A stretch of DNA of 64,000 nucleotides, from positions 544,001-608,000 of the forward strand of contig CAWFQK010000004.1 in the NCBI GenBank assembly GCA_963817955.1. The letters run 5' to 3'. A program made the translations under genes and the position numbers. The DNA comes from an uncultured Gemmatimonadaceae bacterium. GTDB taxonomy: Bacteria; Gemmatimonadota; Gemmatimonadetes; Gemmatimonadales; Gemmatimonadaceae. Below are positions 1 to 9,202 of this stretch, piece after piece (position 1 is the first letter of the stretch; each line of letters starts with the position of its first letter). The notes under the pieces were generated by a model. It ran no database searches. It had not been told where the DNA came from and saw only the letters and a list, made by a program, of their open reading frames with translations.

Positions 1-646
1 TACGCGCCCCGGCGATGTCGAGCAGCTCGCTCATGAAACTGCCGCCACCAATGGCAATGACAGGCTTCTCCCATGTGGGAACGAACACCGACGGCCGCGG
101 CAAAGAGGCAGTCGCGCGGCGGACGCGCTCCAGTGTGGCAGAAACTGTATCGACGAGTGTCGCCGCCGCGACGGAGTCGCCGCTCAGTCGACCAAGCATC
201 CTCGCATCACGCCGGAATTGTTCGATGCTATCGATCTTGAACGCGACGGTGCGGATACCGGCCTGGCGCAAACGGTCATACGCCGTGCGGTTGTCATCGC
301 TTGCGTACAGGATGACGAGGTCGGGCCTGGTGCCGAGCACCGCCTCGACGTTCGGCCGCAGCGCGGGTCCCAGGCTCGCAATGCGCTTTGCGGAATCCGG
401 GAACGTGTCGTAGTCCGAGCGACCGACGAGACGACCCATGGCGCCGATGGCGACGAGGATCTCCGTGGTCGTGGGGTTGAGCGACACGATCCGCCGCGCC
501 GGCGTGCCAACGGAAATCGGCGTGCCAAAGTCATCGCGCGGCACATTCGCGAGCGTGCTGCGAGGCGCGGAGGCGCGACAGCTTGCGAGTGCCGAGACGA
601 GCACGAGTACAGAACGACGGAAACGAAACACGGGCACCCTGGCCAT
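1..646 (-). CDS. Cobalamin/siderophore ABC transporter substrate-binding lipoprotein (BtuF-like), 3' end outside window
   Basis: My translation from ATG 646: MARVPVFRFRRSVLVLVSALASC (lipobox) ... RRIVSLNPTTTEILVAIG ... PNVEAVLGTRPDLVILY ... GGGSFMSELLDIAGA. These are helical-backbone periplasmic binding protein motifs. The gene lies downstream of a B12 riboswitch. Confidence 0.85.
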   Translation of the reverse strand, partial: MARVPVFRFRRSVLVLVSALASCRASAPRSTLANVPRDDFGTPISVGTPARRIVSLNPTTTEILVAIGAMGRLVGRSDYDTFPDSAKRIASLGPALRPNVEAVLGTRPDLVILYASDDNRTAYDRLRQAGIRTVAFKIDSIEQFRRDARMLGRLSGDSVAAATLVDTVSATLERVRRATASLPRPSVFVPTWEKPVIAIGGGSFMSELLDIAGAR

Positions 647-702
647 GGAGGAGGATGCCCGCAACCCGGAAACGCACCATGCGATGTCCGTGTCGCCACC
701 AG

Positions 703-910
703 TCCTCCCCCGAGGATCTGTAAATGCGTGGCGCGAACGTGGGTCGTCTCCTGGCTTCGGGCCGCGCTGCTCGCCTTCCCGACCCTTGGTACAAGGTCAG
801 TGGCAGTGCATGAGCAGGCGTTGATGCCCGTTACAGTGGCGGGGCCGCACCGGTATCACACCGGTTTCCGTGTCCCGCGTTCGCAATCAATTGTGAACGC
901 GAATCTATGA
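703..910 (-). ncRNA. Cobalamin (B12) riboswitch
   Basis: Minus strand reads GGGACACGGAAACCGGTGTGATACCGGTGCGGCCCCGCCACTGTAACGG...GCCACTG...GGGAAGG...AAGCCAGGAGAC (B12 box). There is a P2 hairpin at 877-900 and a P13-like hairpin TCCTC-GGGG-GAGGA at 703-716. Confidence 0.92.
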
Positions 911-2026
911 TGACCGGCGCTCCGCAGCAAGCACATCGCGCAATTCAGCCTTGAGCGCGGCACGTTTCGACTCGTAGTCGGCGCGCTGGACATCGTCGGC
1001 AGGCGACGACTGCTCGAATGCCTCGTCGAGCACGGCGATCTCCTGAAGCAGTACCCGGGAGCGCCCCCCGCCCGTCATGCGCGATGGGCGCGCGCCGCCT
1101 GGCATTGCCCGTCGCCAGGCAAACACGAGGGCGATGATCATGGCGAGCAGCAGCACACCAGCCACCCCAACGTAGATCTTCTCACGCTCAGCGCCGGCAA
1201 TACGCGGCACTTCGACACGAATCACCGCATTGGCTGGAACGTCCTGGCCGAGAAAGCGGCGAAAGGTGCGACCTTCGGTGCTCACCGGTGCCATTTCCCG
1301 CAGCTTGGGCCCCACAACGCGCGCAGTCGGCTCCTGCACCAACACCTCGAGCACGCCGATCGGACGCTCGGCGGGCAGACTGAGCGGAAATGCGCTCGCC
1401 GGCAATTCGTAGGTGAACGCAAACTGCCGAATACCCGGGCTCAGCGGGACATACAACCCGACAGTCGATCCGCTGCGTGAAACCGCGCCAGCTGCGATAT
1501 CCCCGTTCGTATTGAGCTGAAAGTTCACGGCTGCGTCAGGCAGATGCGCCCGCCAGACGGGCGTCGTGCTGTCGTGCGCAATGAGCGTCACGGTGGAATC
1601 GTTCTCGAGATCGTACACTTCCCCAATCGGGCGGCGGCCATTTGCGTTCGGCACACCGACGATCAAGTGTCGCCCGCCGAGCTTGATGGCGACCGGCCCC
1701 GACGTCGTATCGAAGACCGTAAGCGTCGCATCGCCGGTTCCGACGACGGGCGCCAGCAGCGGCGGCGTGAAATACGCGACACCGCCGTACGACGTGGACA
1801 CGAAGTAGATGGCGGTCGAGTCACCCGAGGACCGATAGCGAATCGTGAAGTGGCCGTCGCCGCCAGTACGTGTCGAATCGAGTGGGCCGGCGTGATCCGG
1901 CCCGACGCGATGCAATACGACCCAATGATTCGCAACCGGCTGCGTGCCGCCGCGAGTGCCGCGCAGGACGAGACCGTCCACGCGCCGCGGCGGGCCGGAC
2001 GGAGGACCTTGTTGGAACAGACTCAC
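905..2026 (-). CDS. Hypothetical membrane protein (beta-rich N-terminal region, one C-terminal TM helix, short helical tail)
   Basis: 3' part of ORF 905..2377. GTG at 2026 overlaps the upstream stop (GTGA). TM segment IYVGVAGVLLLAMIIALVFAW. Confidence 0.7.
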   Translation of the reverse strand: MSLFQQGPPSGPPRRVDGLVLRGTRGGTQPVANHWVVLHRVGPDHAGPLDSTRTGGDGHFTIRYRSSGDSTAIYFVSTSYGGVAYFTPPLLAPVVGTGDATLTVFDTTSGPVAIKLGGRHLIVGVPNANGRRPIGEVYDLENDSTVTLIAHDSTTPVWRAHLPDAAVNFQLNTNGDIAAGAVSRSGSTVGLYVPLSPGIRQFAFTYELPASAFPLSLPAERPIGVLEVLVQEPTARVVGPKLREMAPVSTEGRTFRRFLGQDVPANAVIRVEVPRIAGAEREKIYVGVAGVLLLAMIIALVFAWRRAMPGGARPSRMTGGGRSRVLLQEIAVLDEAFEQSSPADDVQRADYESKRAALKAELRDVLAAERRSS

Positions 2027-2556
2027 AAATTGAACTTTCCGAAATCCTCGGGACGCAGGTGCTCGAGAAACTCCTTGAGCTGCTCCGCCGTCAACTCGGA
2101 GCCTTCGCGCGGCGCGCTCGGCGTCTCGGGCGCGCTGAAACTGTCGCTGCTCCCTTCCTCTTCCTGTTCGTCGGGGACCATGAGGAGCGCTTCGGCGGCG
2201 AAGATGGGCGCGCCCAGGCGCAGGGCAATGGCGATGGCGTCTGACGGACGCGAGTCGATCTGCACGATCTTGGCGTCGCGTTCGATGTGCAGCTCGCCGT
2301 AATACGTGTTGTTCTCGACGCGCGTGATCTGCACGCGCCGCAGCGTGCCGCCCATGCCGACGATGATGCTCTTGCACAGGTCGTGCGTCAGCGGGCGCAT
2401 ACGTTTCATGTTGTGCATGTGCATGACGATCGACTCGGCTTCCGTCTGGCCGATCCAGATGGGGAGCAGCTGCGGCCCGTCCTTTTCCTGGAGCACGACG
2501 ACATACGTCTGTGATCCCGGATCCATGCCGAGGCGCGACACGACGACTTCAATCAT
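2023..2556 (-). CDS. Bifunctional nuclease family protein (DUF151)
   Basis: Motifs LPIWIGQTEAESI, RPLTHDL, IDSRPSDAIAIALR. Confidence 0.9.
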   Translation of the reverse strand: MIEVVVSRLGMDPGSQTYVVVLQEKDGPQLLPIWIGQTEAESIVMHMHNMKRMRPLTHDLCKSIIVGMGGTLRRVQITRVENNTYYGELHIERDAKIVQIDSRPSDAIAIALRLGAPIFAAEALLMVPDEQEEEGSSDSFSAPETPSAPREGSELTAEQLKEFLEHLRPEDFGKFNL

Positions 2557-2572
2557 TCCACATCACGCGGGT

Positions 2573-3745
2573 TCAGGGGACCGAACGCGCAAGGGCCGCG
2601 GCACGATCGGTCCGCTCCCAGGAAAACAGCGTCATGGCGTTCTTACCCCGTCCGATCTTCTTTGGCTCCCGGCCGAAGTGCCCGTAGGCCGATGTGGCGC
2701 TGTAGATCGGCTTGCGCAAATCGAGGGCCTCGATGATCCCACGCGGTGTAAGGTCGAATTCGTCTCGCACGGCACGCATGATACTCGCTTCCGGCACGGC
2801 GGACGTCCCGAACGTATCGACCATGACTGACACCGGCTCGGCGACTCCAATGGCATAGGCGAGCTGCACCTCGCAGCGACTCGCGAGCTTGGCGGCTACG
2901 ATGTTCTTTGCGACCCACCGAGCCGCGTAACAGGCCGAGCGATCGACCTTGGACGGATCCTTACCGCTGAACGCGCCGCCGCCGTGACGTCCCATGCCGC
3001 CATAGGTATCGACGATGATTTTGCGGCCCGTGAGGCCGGCATCGCCCTGCGGACCACCAATGACGAATCGTCCTGTGGGATTGATGTGATATCGCGCTTT
3101 CTTCTGCCGAAGCTCTTCGGGAATCGTGGGCTCGATGATGCTCTCGATGATCTCGCTGCGCATGCGACGCGACGAAACGCCGGGGTCGTGTTGGGCCGAA
3201 ACGACGACCGTATCGACCGCGATCGGTCGTCGGTCCTCGTACAACACGGTCACTTGCGCCTTGCCGTCGGGCCGCAGCCAATCGATGTCGCCGCTCTTTC
3301 GACGCGCCGCGAGAGTCGCAGTGAGCCGGTGGGCGAGCAGAATCGGCAGTGGCATCAACTCATCGGTCTCGTCCGTAGCGTAACCGAACATCATGCCCTG
3401 ATCACCAGCGCCCCCCGTGTCGACACCCATCGCGATGTCTGGCGACTGCCGATCGATCGTGCTCAGGACGGCGCATGTCGTGCCGTCGAATCCGTACTCT
3501 GGGTTCGTATAGCCGATGCGCTGGATAGTCGCACGTACGATGTCGGGCACATGCACGTAGGTCGTCGTCGTGATCTCACCCGCGACGCAAGCAAGGCCCG
3601 TCGTCACCAACGTCTCGCATGCGACGCGCGCACGGGGATCGTCCGTCAGAATCGCATCAAGAACGGCATCAGAGATGGCATCGGCGACTTTGTCGGGATG
3701 CCCCTCGGTCACGGACTCGGAGGTGAACAGGTGGCGATCGTACAC
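2573..3745 (-). CDS. metK: S-adenosylmethionine synthetase
   Basis: [35 protein letters not shown]. Start placed at GTG 3745. Confidence 0.97.
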   Translation of the reverse strand: MYDRHLFTSESVTEGHPDKVADAISDAVLDAILTDDPRARVACETLVTTGLACVAGEITTTTYVHVPDIVRATIQRIGYTNPEYGFDGTTCAVLSTIDRQSPDIAMGVDTGGAGDQGMMFGYATDETDELMPLPILLAHRLTATLAARRKSGDIDWLRPDGKAQVTVLYEDRRPIAVDTVVVSAQHDPGVSSRRMRSEIIESIIEPTIPEELRQKKARYHINPTGRFVIGGPQGDAGLTGRKIIVDTYGGMGRHGGGAFSGKDPSKVDRSACYAARWVAKNIVAAKLASRCEVQLAYAIGVAEPVSVMVDTFGTSAVPEASIMRAVRDEFDLTPRGIIEALDLRKPIYSATSAYGHFGREPKKIGRGKNAMTLFSWERTDRAAALARSVP

Positions 3746-3847
3746 GGTGCGTTGGACGATAGGCGATGAGAAACCCGGCAGCAGGCTTGAAAGCTCGCCC
3801 TGAGTCACGCCGCACTCAACCCTCAACCGCCGATCGCTCGCCTCGCA

Positions 3848-5618
3848 CTATCCGGCCGACAGGCGCTCGCCGAGAAAGGACTCGCTGCCCAGCACACCCA
3901 CCAAGTGACGACGAAGCACTGTTTCCGCGTCCGCTGCCGTATCAGTCCGCAGCGCCGCCTGCGCCGCCGCCTCGGCGACCGCCACGGAAATGCCGCGCAC
4001 GATCCGCTTGACGAGTGGCACGGAACGCGGCGAGACACTCAGCTGTCGCACGCCAAGTCCGATGAGCGCCGCAGCCATCAACGGCTGCGACGCCATTTCT
4101 CCGCAGACCGCCACGTCCAGTCCGTGCGCGTCTGCCGTGGCGATAGTGCGGCGGATGAGCTCGAGAACCGCGGGGTGCAGCGGAGTGAACCGCGACGCCA
4201 AATTGGCGTTGCCCCGGTCGACGGCAAGCGTGTACTGCACCAGGTCGTTGGTGCCAATGCTGAAGAACGCGACGTCGTTCACGAACGTCTCAGCCGCAAC
4301 CGCCGCAGCGGGCGTCTCGATCATCATGCCGAGGGGCACATCACGTCGAAACGCCACGCCGCGCGCGCGCAGCTCGCGCGCCGCCTGATCGAGCAGAGCG
4401 CGTGCGTGCCGCACTTCCTCCACCGTGACGATGAGGGGCAACATGATGCGGATATCGCCGTGTACCGCAGCGCGGAGGATGGCGCGCAACTGCACGCCGA
4501 AGAGGTCCGGCTGATCGAGGCACATTCGGATAGCGCGCCAACCGAGGAACGGGTTCGCCTCTGTTGGAAATCCGCCAACGGGCAGCTTGTCCCCGCCGAT
4601 GTCGAATGTGCGAATGATGACGGGGCGGCCGCCGAATGCCTGCGCCACGCGACTATAGGCGCGGTACTGCTCTTCCTCCTCGGGCATTGACGCGCGACCG
4701 ACGACGAGAAACTCCGTGCGCATCAGCCCCACACCTTCTGCGCCGCTGGTCGCCGCGAGTTCCGCCTCCTCGGGAAGATCAACGTTCGCGCGCAGCGTAA
4801 TGTGGACGCCGTCCGTGGTGCGCGCCTCGACGCCGGCTAACTGGCGCAGGTCCTCTTCGGCGATCTTCTCCTGCCGCGCGCGCTCGCGGTACGCCGCGAT
4901 GTCGTTGTGCGAGGGATTGATCGCCAGCAAGCCGGTCGAACCATCGAGAATGGCCGTCTCACGGCCACGGAGCTGCTGCGTGGCGTCGCGCAGTCCAACG
5001 ATAGCTGGCAGGCCGAGCGACCGCGCCAGGATGGCCACATGTGACGTGCGCGTGCCCGCATCGGTCGCGATGCCTGCGATAGCGTCGCGATCCAGCTGCA
5101 CCGTGAGACTCGGCGTCAGGTCATGGGTCACGAGAATGGCATTCGCACCCTTTGGCAGATCCACCGGGTCGTGATCCGGCAAATCGAGCAGGAGCAAGAG
5201 CACTCGGATCTGCAACGTCCTTGAGATCGCCAACGCGCTCGCGGAGCATCGGCTGCGCGGCGCGACCGAATTTCTGTCCCCATTCGAGCATCACGATCTC
5301 GAATGCCTTCTCTGCGCCGAGATTCTGGCGAATGAGATCTTCGACCGCGGAGATCAGCTCCGAATCCTCGAGAATCGATGCCTGGACATCGAAGATCGCC
5401 GCCTCCTCCGGACCCGCTGAATGTTCGACGCGACCGCGAATCTGGCGAAGACGCTCTTTGGCGCGGTCGAACGCCTGATGCAAGCGCCGCATCTCACCGG
5501 GAATGGCATCGTCGGGAATGATCCGATGGCGGACTTCGGGCAGCTCCCATCGCAGGAGATGCACCGTGCCGACAGCAATACCGGGTGAGGCGGGAACGCC
5601 GAGGAGCTTTCGATCCAC
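3848..5618 (-). pseudogene. ptsI: PTS enzyme I (PEP-protein phosphotransferase), frameshifted at about 5214-5215 (true lesion or sequencing error)
   Basis: The N-terminus (GVPASPGIAVG...RERVGDLKDV) is in ORF 5121..5618. The remainder (TSHVAIL phospho-His, GVGLMRTEFL, NPFLGWRAIR, SIGTNDLVQY, CGE) is in ORF 3848..5233. Removing one base joins them into 589 codons. Confidence 0.9.
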
Positions 5619-5885
5619 TCAGCTCTCTCCGAATTTATTTCGCACGAGTGTCGCGAGGGCATCGAGGGCCATCTCGGCATCGGGGCCCTCAGCCCGAAAG
5701 GTAATCGATGAGCCAGGCTCGGCCGCAAGCATCATCACCCCCATGATGCTCTTGCCGTTCACGTCGAGATCGTCTTTAAGAATCGTGATTTCGCACTGAA
5801 ACTTCGCTGCCAACTTCACAATTTCAGCTGCGGGCCGGGCGTGCAGGCCGTTTCGATTGACGATCTGAACGGTCCGTTCAGGCAT
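5619..5885 (-). CDS. ptsH: Phosphocarrier protein HPr
   Basis: GLHARPAA (His15) and NGKSIMGVM (Ser46). Confidence 0.97.
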   Translation of the reverse strand: MPERTVQIVNRNGLHARPAAEIVKLAAKFQCEITILKDDLDVNGKSIMGVMMLAAEPGSSITFRAEGPDAEMALDALATLVRNKFGES

Positions 5886-6666
5886 GAGCGATCACCGAGA
5901 GGAGGGCGAAGCCAGCAAGTACCACGAGCGAGAGCCGCCACCCTTCGACACGGCCCTGCAGGCGAACGATGAGAAATGCCGCGAGCGCGACGCCAAGGAG
6001 GACGCCACCCATGAGGCTGCGCCCGGGCCCGATGATCCGGCCGAGCGCGAGCGGAATTCCAATGCCGGCCGCGAGCGCCGCCATCCGGCCGATCTCTCTC
6101 GGGCCGCGTCGGAGCACGGGATTGCCGAGCGCCAACGCGACGCGCAACCCGTGGTTCCATCCGGTATTGAGCCCCCAGAGTCGCAACGCGAAATGTCCGG
6201 CGTTGTACACGATGAGGAAAGAGCCCACTACCGTCGCCGGGCCTGCACCGAGTCCAAACAACGCCAGGGCCGCAAGGGAGCAGAACGGCAGCCACCCCGC
6301 CCACACGAGCCGATCGCCGACGCTGCCGAGCGGTCCACAGAGGGCCGTTCGAAAACGCTCAATCCGCTCGGGCGGTTCGCCGTCCAGCTCCACACGGGCC
6401 AACGCACCGACGGCGACCGCAGCGAGATACGGATGGGCGTTGAAATATCGACTTTCGCGAGCCAGCGCGGCATGGAAGGCCGGCGAATGCATGCCACCCG
6501 GCAACCGGTGCAGCGCAGGTTCGATGCAGAACCCGATGCCGTTGCCGAGCATGGTTTCGTAATTCCAGGCGCCTTGAATGGCCAGCAACCGAATGAAGAT
6601 CGCGATCCGCGTCCGGAGCGGGAGTTCCGACGCACGCGCAATGGTGGGAGCGGTCATTTCGCTCAT
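5878..6666 (-). CDS. PTS mannose/fructose/sorbose family EIID component
   Basis: QGAWNYETMLGNG, YFNAHPY, GPLGSVGDRLVW. Start ATG 6666 overlaps the EIIC stop. Confidence 0.9.
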   Translation of the reverse strand: MSEMTAPTIARASELPLRTRIAIFIRLLAIQGAWNYETMLGNGIGFCIEPALHRLPGGMHSPAFHAALARESRYFNAHPYLAAVAVGALARVELDGEPPERIERFRTALCGPLGSVGDRLVWAGWLPFCSLAALALFGLGAGPATVVGSFLIVYNAGHFALRLWGLNTGWNHGLRVALALGNPVLRRGPREIGRMAALAAGIGIPLALGRIIGPGRSLMGGVLLGVALAAFLIVRLQGRVEGWRLSLVVLAGFALLSVIAHA

Positions 6667-7346
6667 TTCACGAAGAGCATGAACAGACCGAGCGCGAGGC
6701 CGCCGACGAAGAACCACCGGGCGCCCTTCGTGGAGTGAAACAGTTTCCACGCCGCGCCGGCGGCGACGCTCGCCGCTATGCCCACGACGGCGGCACGCGA
6801 CACTCTCGGGTCGAAGAACCAGAGTTGAATGCAGATCGCCGCCAGCGGAGCAAGCGCGGCGTATGCGACCGCCGTGAGCACCCCACCACGGAGGAGATCG
6901 GCGCTCATGCCCATGAGCTGTAATGACACGACAGATCCGCGGGCACCTGCTTCGAGCGCCTGGCGCTTCCGGCCGGCCCACACGGCGTTGCGCTGGCGCA
7001 GCTTCACCATCGTCCAGCCTCCAACCCACGCCGTAGCGAGCGCCGCAAGCACGGCAAGCGTCATCGCCCCTGCTGGATGCGCTGGGTTCGACGCGAAGAT
7101 CGCACCGCCAACGACCGACGCCGAACCCCATTCCGGATAGCGCGAGGCACCGAACGGCAGCGTCTCCAGAGCGATGAGCTCGAGCGCGGCGCCAATGAGC
7201 AATCCGCTGGAGCCCTGCCCGATCAATGCGCCAGCGAGCGTGGCGGCAACCAGCGGCCGCGAAATCATCGCCTGGGGGAAGCTGACGACGTCGAGCCCAA
7301 GCACGGCGCCCAGCAGCGCGAACGGCAGGATGTCGAGTATCATCAC
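6663..7346 (-). CDS. PTS mannose-family EIIC component
   Basis: Hydrophobic protein with ISRPLVAATLAG...GAALEL...PFGASRYPE. Confidence 0.9.
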   Translation of the reverse strand: MMILDILPFALLGAVLGLDVVSFPQAMISRPLVAATLAGALIGQGSSGLLIGAALELIALETLPFGASRYPEWGSASVVGGAIFASNPAHPAGAMTLAVLAALATAWVGGWTMVKLRQRNAVWAGRKRQALEAGARGSVVSLQLMGMSADLLRGGVLTAVAYAALAPLAAICIQLWFFDPRVSRAAVVGIAASVAAGAAWKLFHSTKGARWFFVGGLALGLFMLFVK

Positions 7347-7828
7347 GGCTCGCGGCCGGCAATGACATCGTCAAGCGACACAGGCCGTGCGCCTGGCACA
7401 TCCTGCGCCGTTACGGTCGCGCCGTGCGCCGCGAGCGCACGGAGCTGCTGCTCCTCGTCGGCGGACAGGAACACGTAACGCAAACGTTGCGTGCGGCCGG
7501 CCCGCGAATGGATTCCACCAATGTTGACCCGATCGACTCCCGCCGCATCGACCAGCCGCTGCATCGTGGCAATGTCACCGGTCAGCAGAATCCCGGGTCG
7601 CGGGTCGGCACGATACGCCGGAAGCGCATTGACGGCATCGGCGGCGGTGTGGAAGTGCACCTCCATCTCAGGCGGCACTCCCATGCGATAGAGTTCCTGC
7701 TCCCAATCGCTCGTGGCGACCACGTCATCGACGAGCACGATGAACGCCACGCCCAGAGGCTTTCCCCACCCCACAACGACCTGCCCATGGATGAGCCGAT
7801 CGTCGATGCGATAGAGCAGCAGCGTCAC
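7343..7828 (-). CDS. PTS mannose-family EIIB component
   Basis: RIDDRLIHGQVVVGW and VNIGGIH. Confidence 0.93.
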   Translation of the reverse strand: MTLLLYRIDDRLIHGQVVVGWGKPLGVAFIVLVDDVVATSDWEQELYRMGVPPEMEVHFHTAADAVNALPAYRADPRPGILLTGDIATMQRLVDAAGVDRVNIGGIHSRAGRTQRLRYVFLSADEEQQLRALAAHGATVTAQDVPGARPVSLDDVIAGREP

Positions 7829-8238
7829 GCGCCAGCTCCGTGTACGCTGATCGCTGCCCGCCCGCGCTCGGCGGCGTGCCGCGCCGCATCGGTGGGCGAC
7901 TGTGTTTCAGCGAACACGAAATCGAGCAGCGTCGGGAGATTGGCACCGGCAATGAGCACGGCGTCATCCATGCCACGTAGAATCCGTCGCGAAGCCATGG
8001 TGCAACTGCCGGCCTGTAGATCGGTGAAGATGACCCGTACGCTGTGCTCCAGCATCTGCGTGCGCAACAACGTTTCGATGTCTTCCACGTTGAGCTGCTG
8101 TACGGCGATGGGAATGAGTTGATGCCCGCGGCCGGTGATCGCTTCGACGGCCGAGATGAGGCCGGCAGCGAAGTTGCCGTGCCCAGCGACGATCGCGCGC
8201 GGCGCGGTGACGATGGACGAGGTGGGATCACTATTCAT
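7825..8238 (-). CDS. PTS mannose-family EIIA component
   Basis: IVAGHGNFAAGL, FTDLQAGS, AGANLPTLL. Start ATG 8238. Confidence 0.9.
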   Translation of the reverse strand: MNSDPTSSIVTAPRAIVAGHGNFAAGLISAVEAITGRGHQLIPIAVQQLNVEDIETLLRTQMLEHSVRVIFTDLQAGSCTMASRRILRGMDDAVLIAGANLPTLLDFVFAETQSPTDAARHAAERGRAAISVHGAGA

Positions 8239-9202
8239 TGTCGCCTTGCAAATATCGCAGCAAGTCACCGCGTCCACGCATCTGTCGCATCAAGCGTTCG
8301 TTGAATCGCTCGGCGGGATCGATGCCGCTGAACTTCAGCAGGTGATTCATGGCGATGACTTCGGCGATCACCGTGATGTTCTTTCCGGGATTGAGCGGAA
8401 CGCGAACCTTTGGCAGCTCGACATCGAGAATGGTCGCCAACTCACCATCGAGTCCCGTCCGGTCGATGGGCGCGTTCTGGTCCCACTCCTCAAGCTGTAC
8501 GACGACCTCGATGCGCTTCTGCTGACGTACTGCCCGAATGCCGAAAATGGACGGAATGTCCACGAGACCGACGCCGCGGATCTCCATATGGTGCCGCTGA
8601 AGCTCATGACCGCGCCCGATCAGCACATCGTTGCCTCGCCGCCGCACGATGACGAGATCGTCGGCAACGAGCCGGTGTCCGCGCTCGACGAGATCGAGAA
8701 CGCATTCGGACTTGCCGATGCCGCTCCGGCCGACGAAGAGGAGTCCCACGCCAAAGATGTCGGCCAGGGAGCCATGGAGGTTCGTGGTCGGCGCGAACTC
8801 ATCCTCGAGCCACGGCTTGATGCGCGTGTAAAACTCGTTGGTCTTGAGACCCGACGTGATCACGCCGACGCCAACGCGAGCAGCCAGCTCGGTCAGGTCG
8901 GGGCCCGGTCGCTGTCCTTTTGTGATGAAGAGACAGGGCATTGGGAAAGAGAAAAACGTCGTCAGCCGCGCCCGCCGCGTGTCGGAGTCGAGCGAGCGGA
9001 GATACAGCATCTCGGTTTCGCCAATTACCTGCAGGCGCGTGGAAGGAAAGCGGTCCACGAAACCCGCGAGGGCGAGTCCAGGACTGGAGACGTTCGGGTT
9101 CTCGATCGCCTTCTCGAGTCCGTCGGTGCCTTCGATGTGCTCGAGCTGAAGCGCATCTCGCGTACGCTCGATGAGCTGTGCGACCGTGAGCTTTGGCTTC
9201 AT
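8231..9202 (-). CDS. hprK: HPr(Ser) kinase/phosphorylase
   Basis: LHGSL, Walker A GRSGIGKSE, LVADD, MEIRGVGLVD. Start ATG 9202. Confidence 0.96.
   Translation of the reverse strand: MKPKLTVAQLIERTRDALQLEHIEGTDGLEKAIENPNVSSPGLALAGFVDRFPSTRLQVIGETEMLYLRSLDSDTRRARLTTFFSFPMPCLFITKGQRPGPDLTELAARVGVGVITSGLKTNEFYTRIKPWLEDEFAPTTNLHGSLADIFGVGLLFVGRSGIGKSECVLDLVERGHRLVADDLVIVRRRGNDVLIGRGHELQRHHMEIRGVGLVDIPSIFGIRAVRQQKRIEVVVQLEEWDQNAPIDRTGLDGELATILDVELPKVRVPLNPGKNITVIAEVIAMNHLLKFSGIDPAERFNERLMRQMRGRGDLLRYLQGDNE

Noticed and set aside
5200..5230. Programmed ribosomal frameshift in ptsI
   Set aside because: No slippery heptamer, homopolymer run or obvious stimulatory structure.
5878..7401. 507-aa EIIC-EIID fusion suggested by the ORF track
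   Set aside because: The upstream part is an alternative frame over EIIC; EIID begins at about 6666. Similar over-extended starts were trimmed for ribD, ribH, nusB, asnS, rsmH and others.
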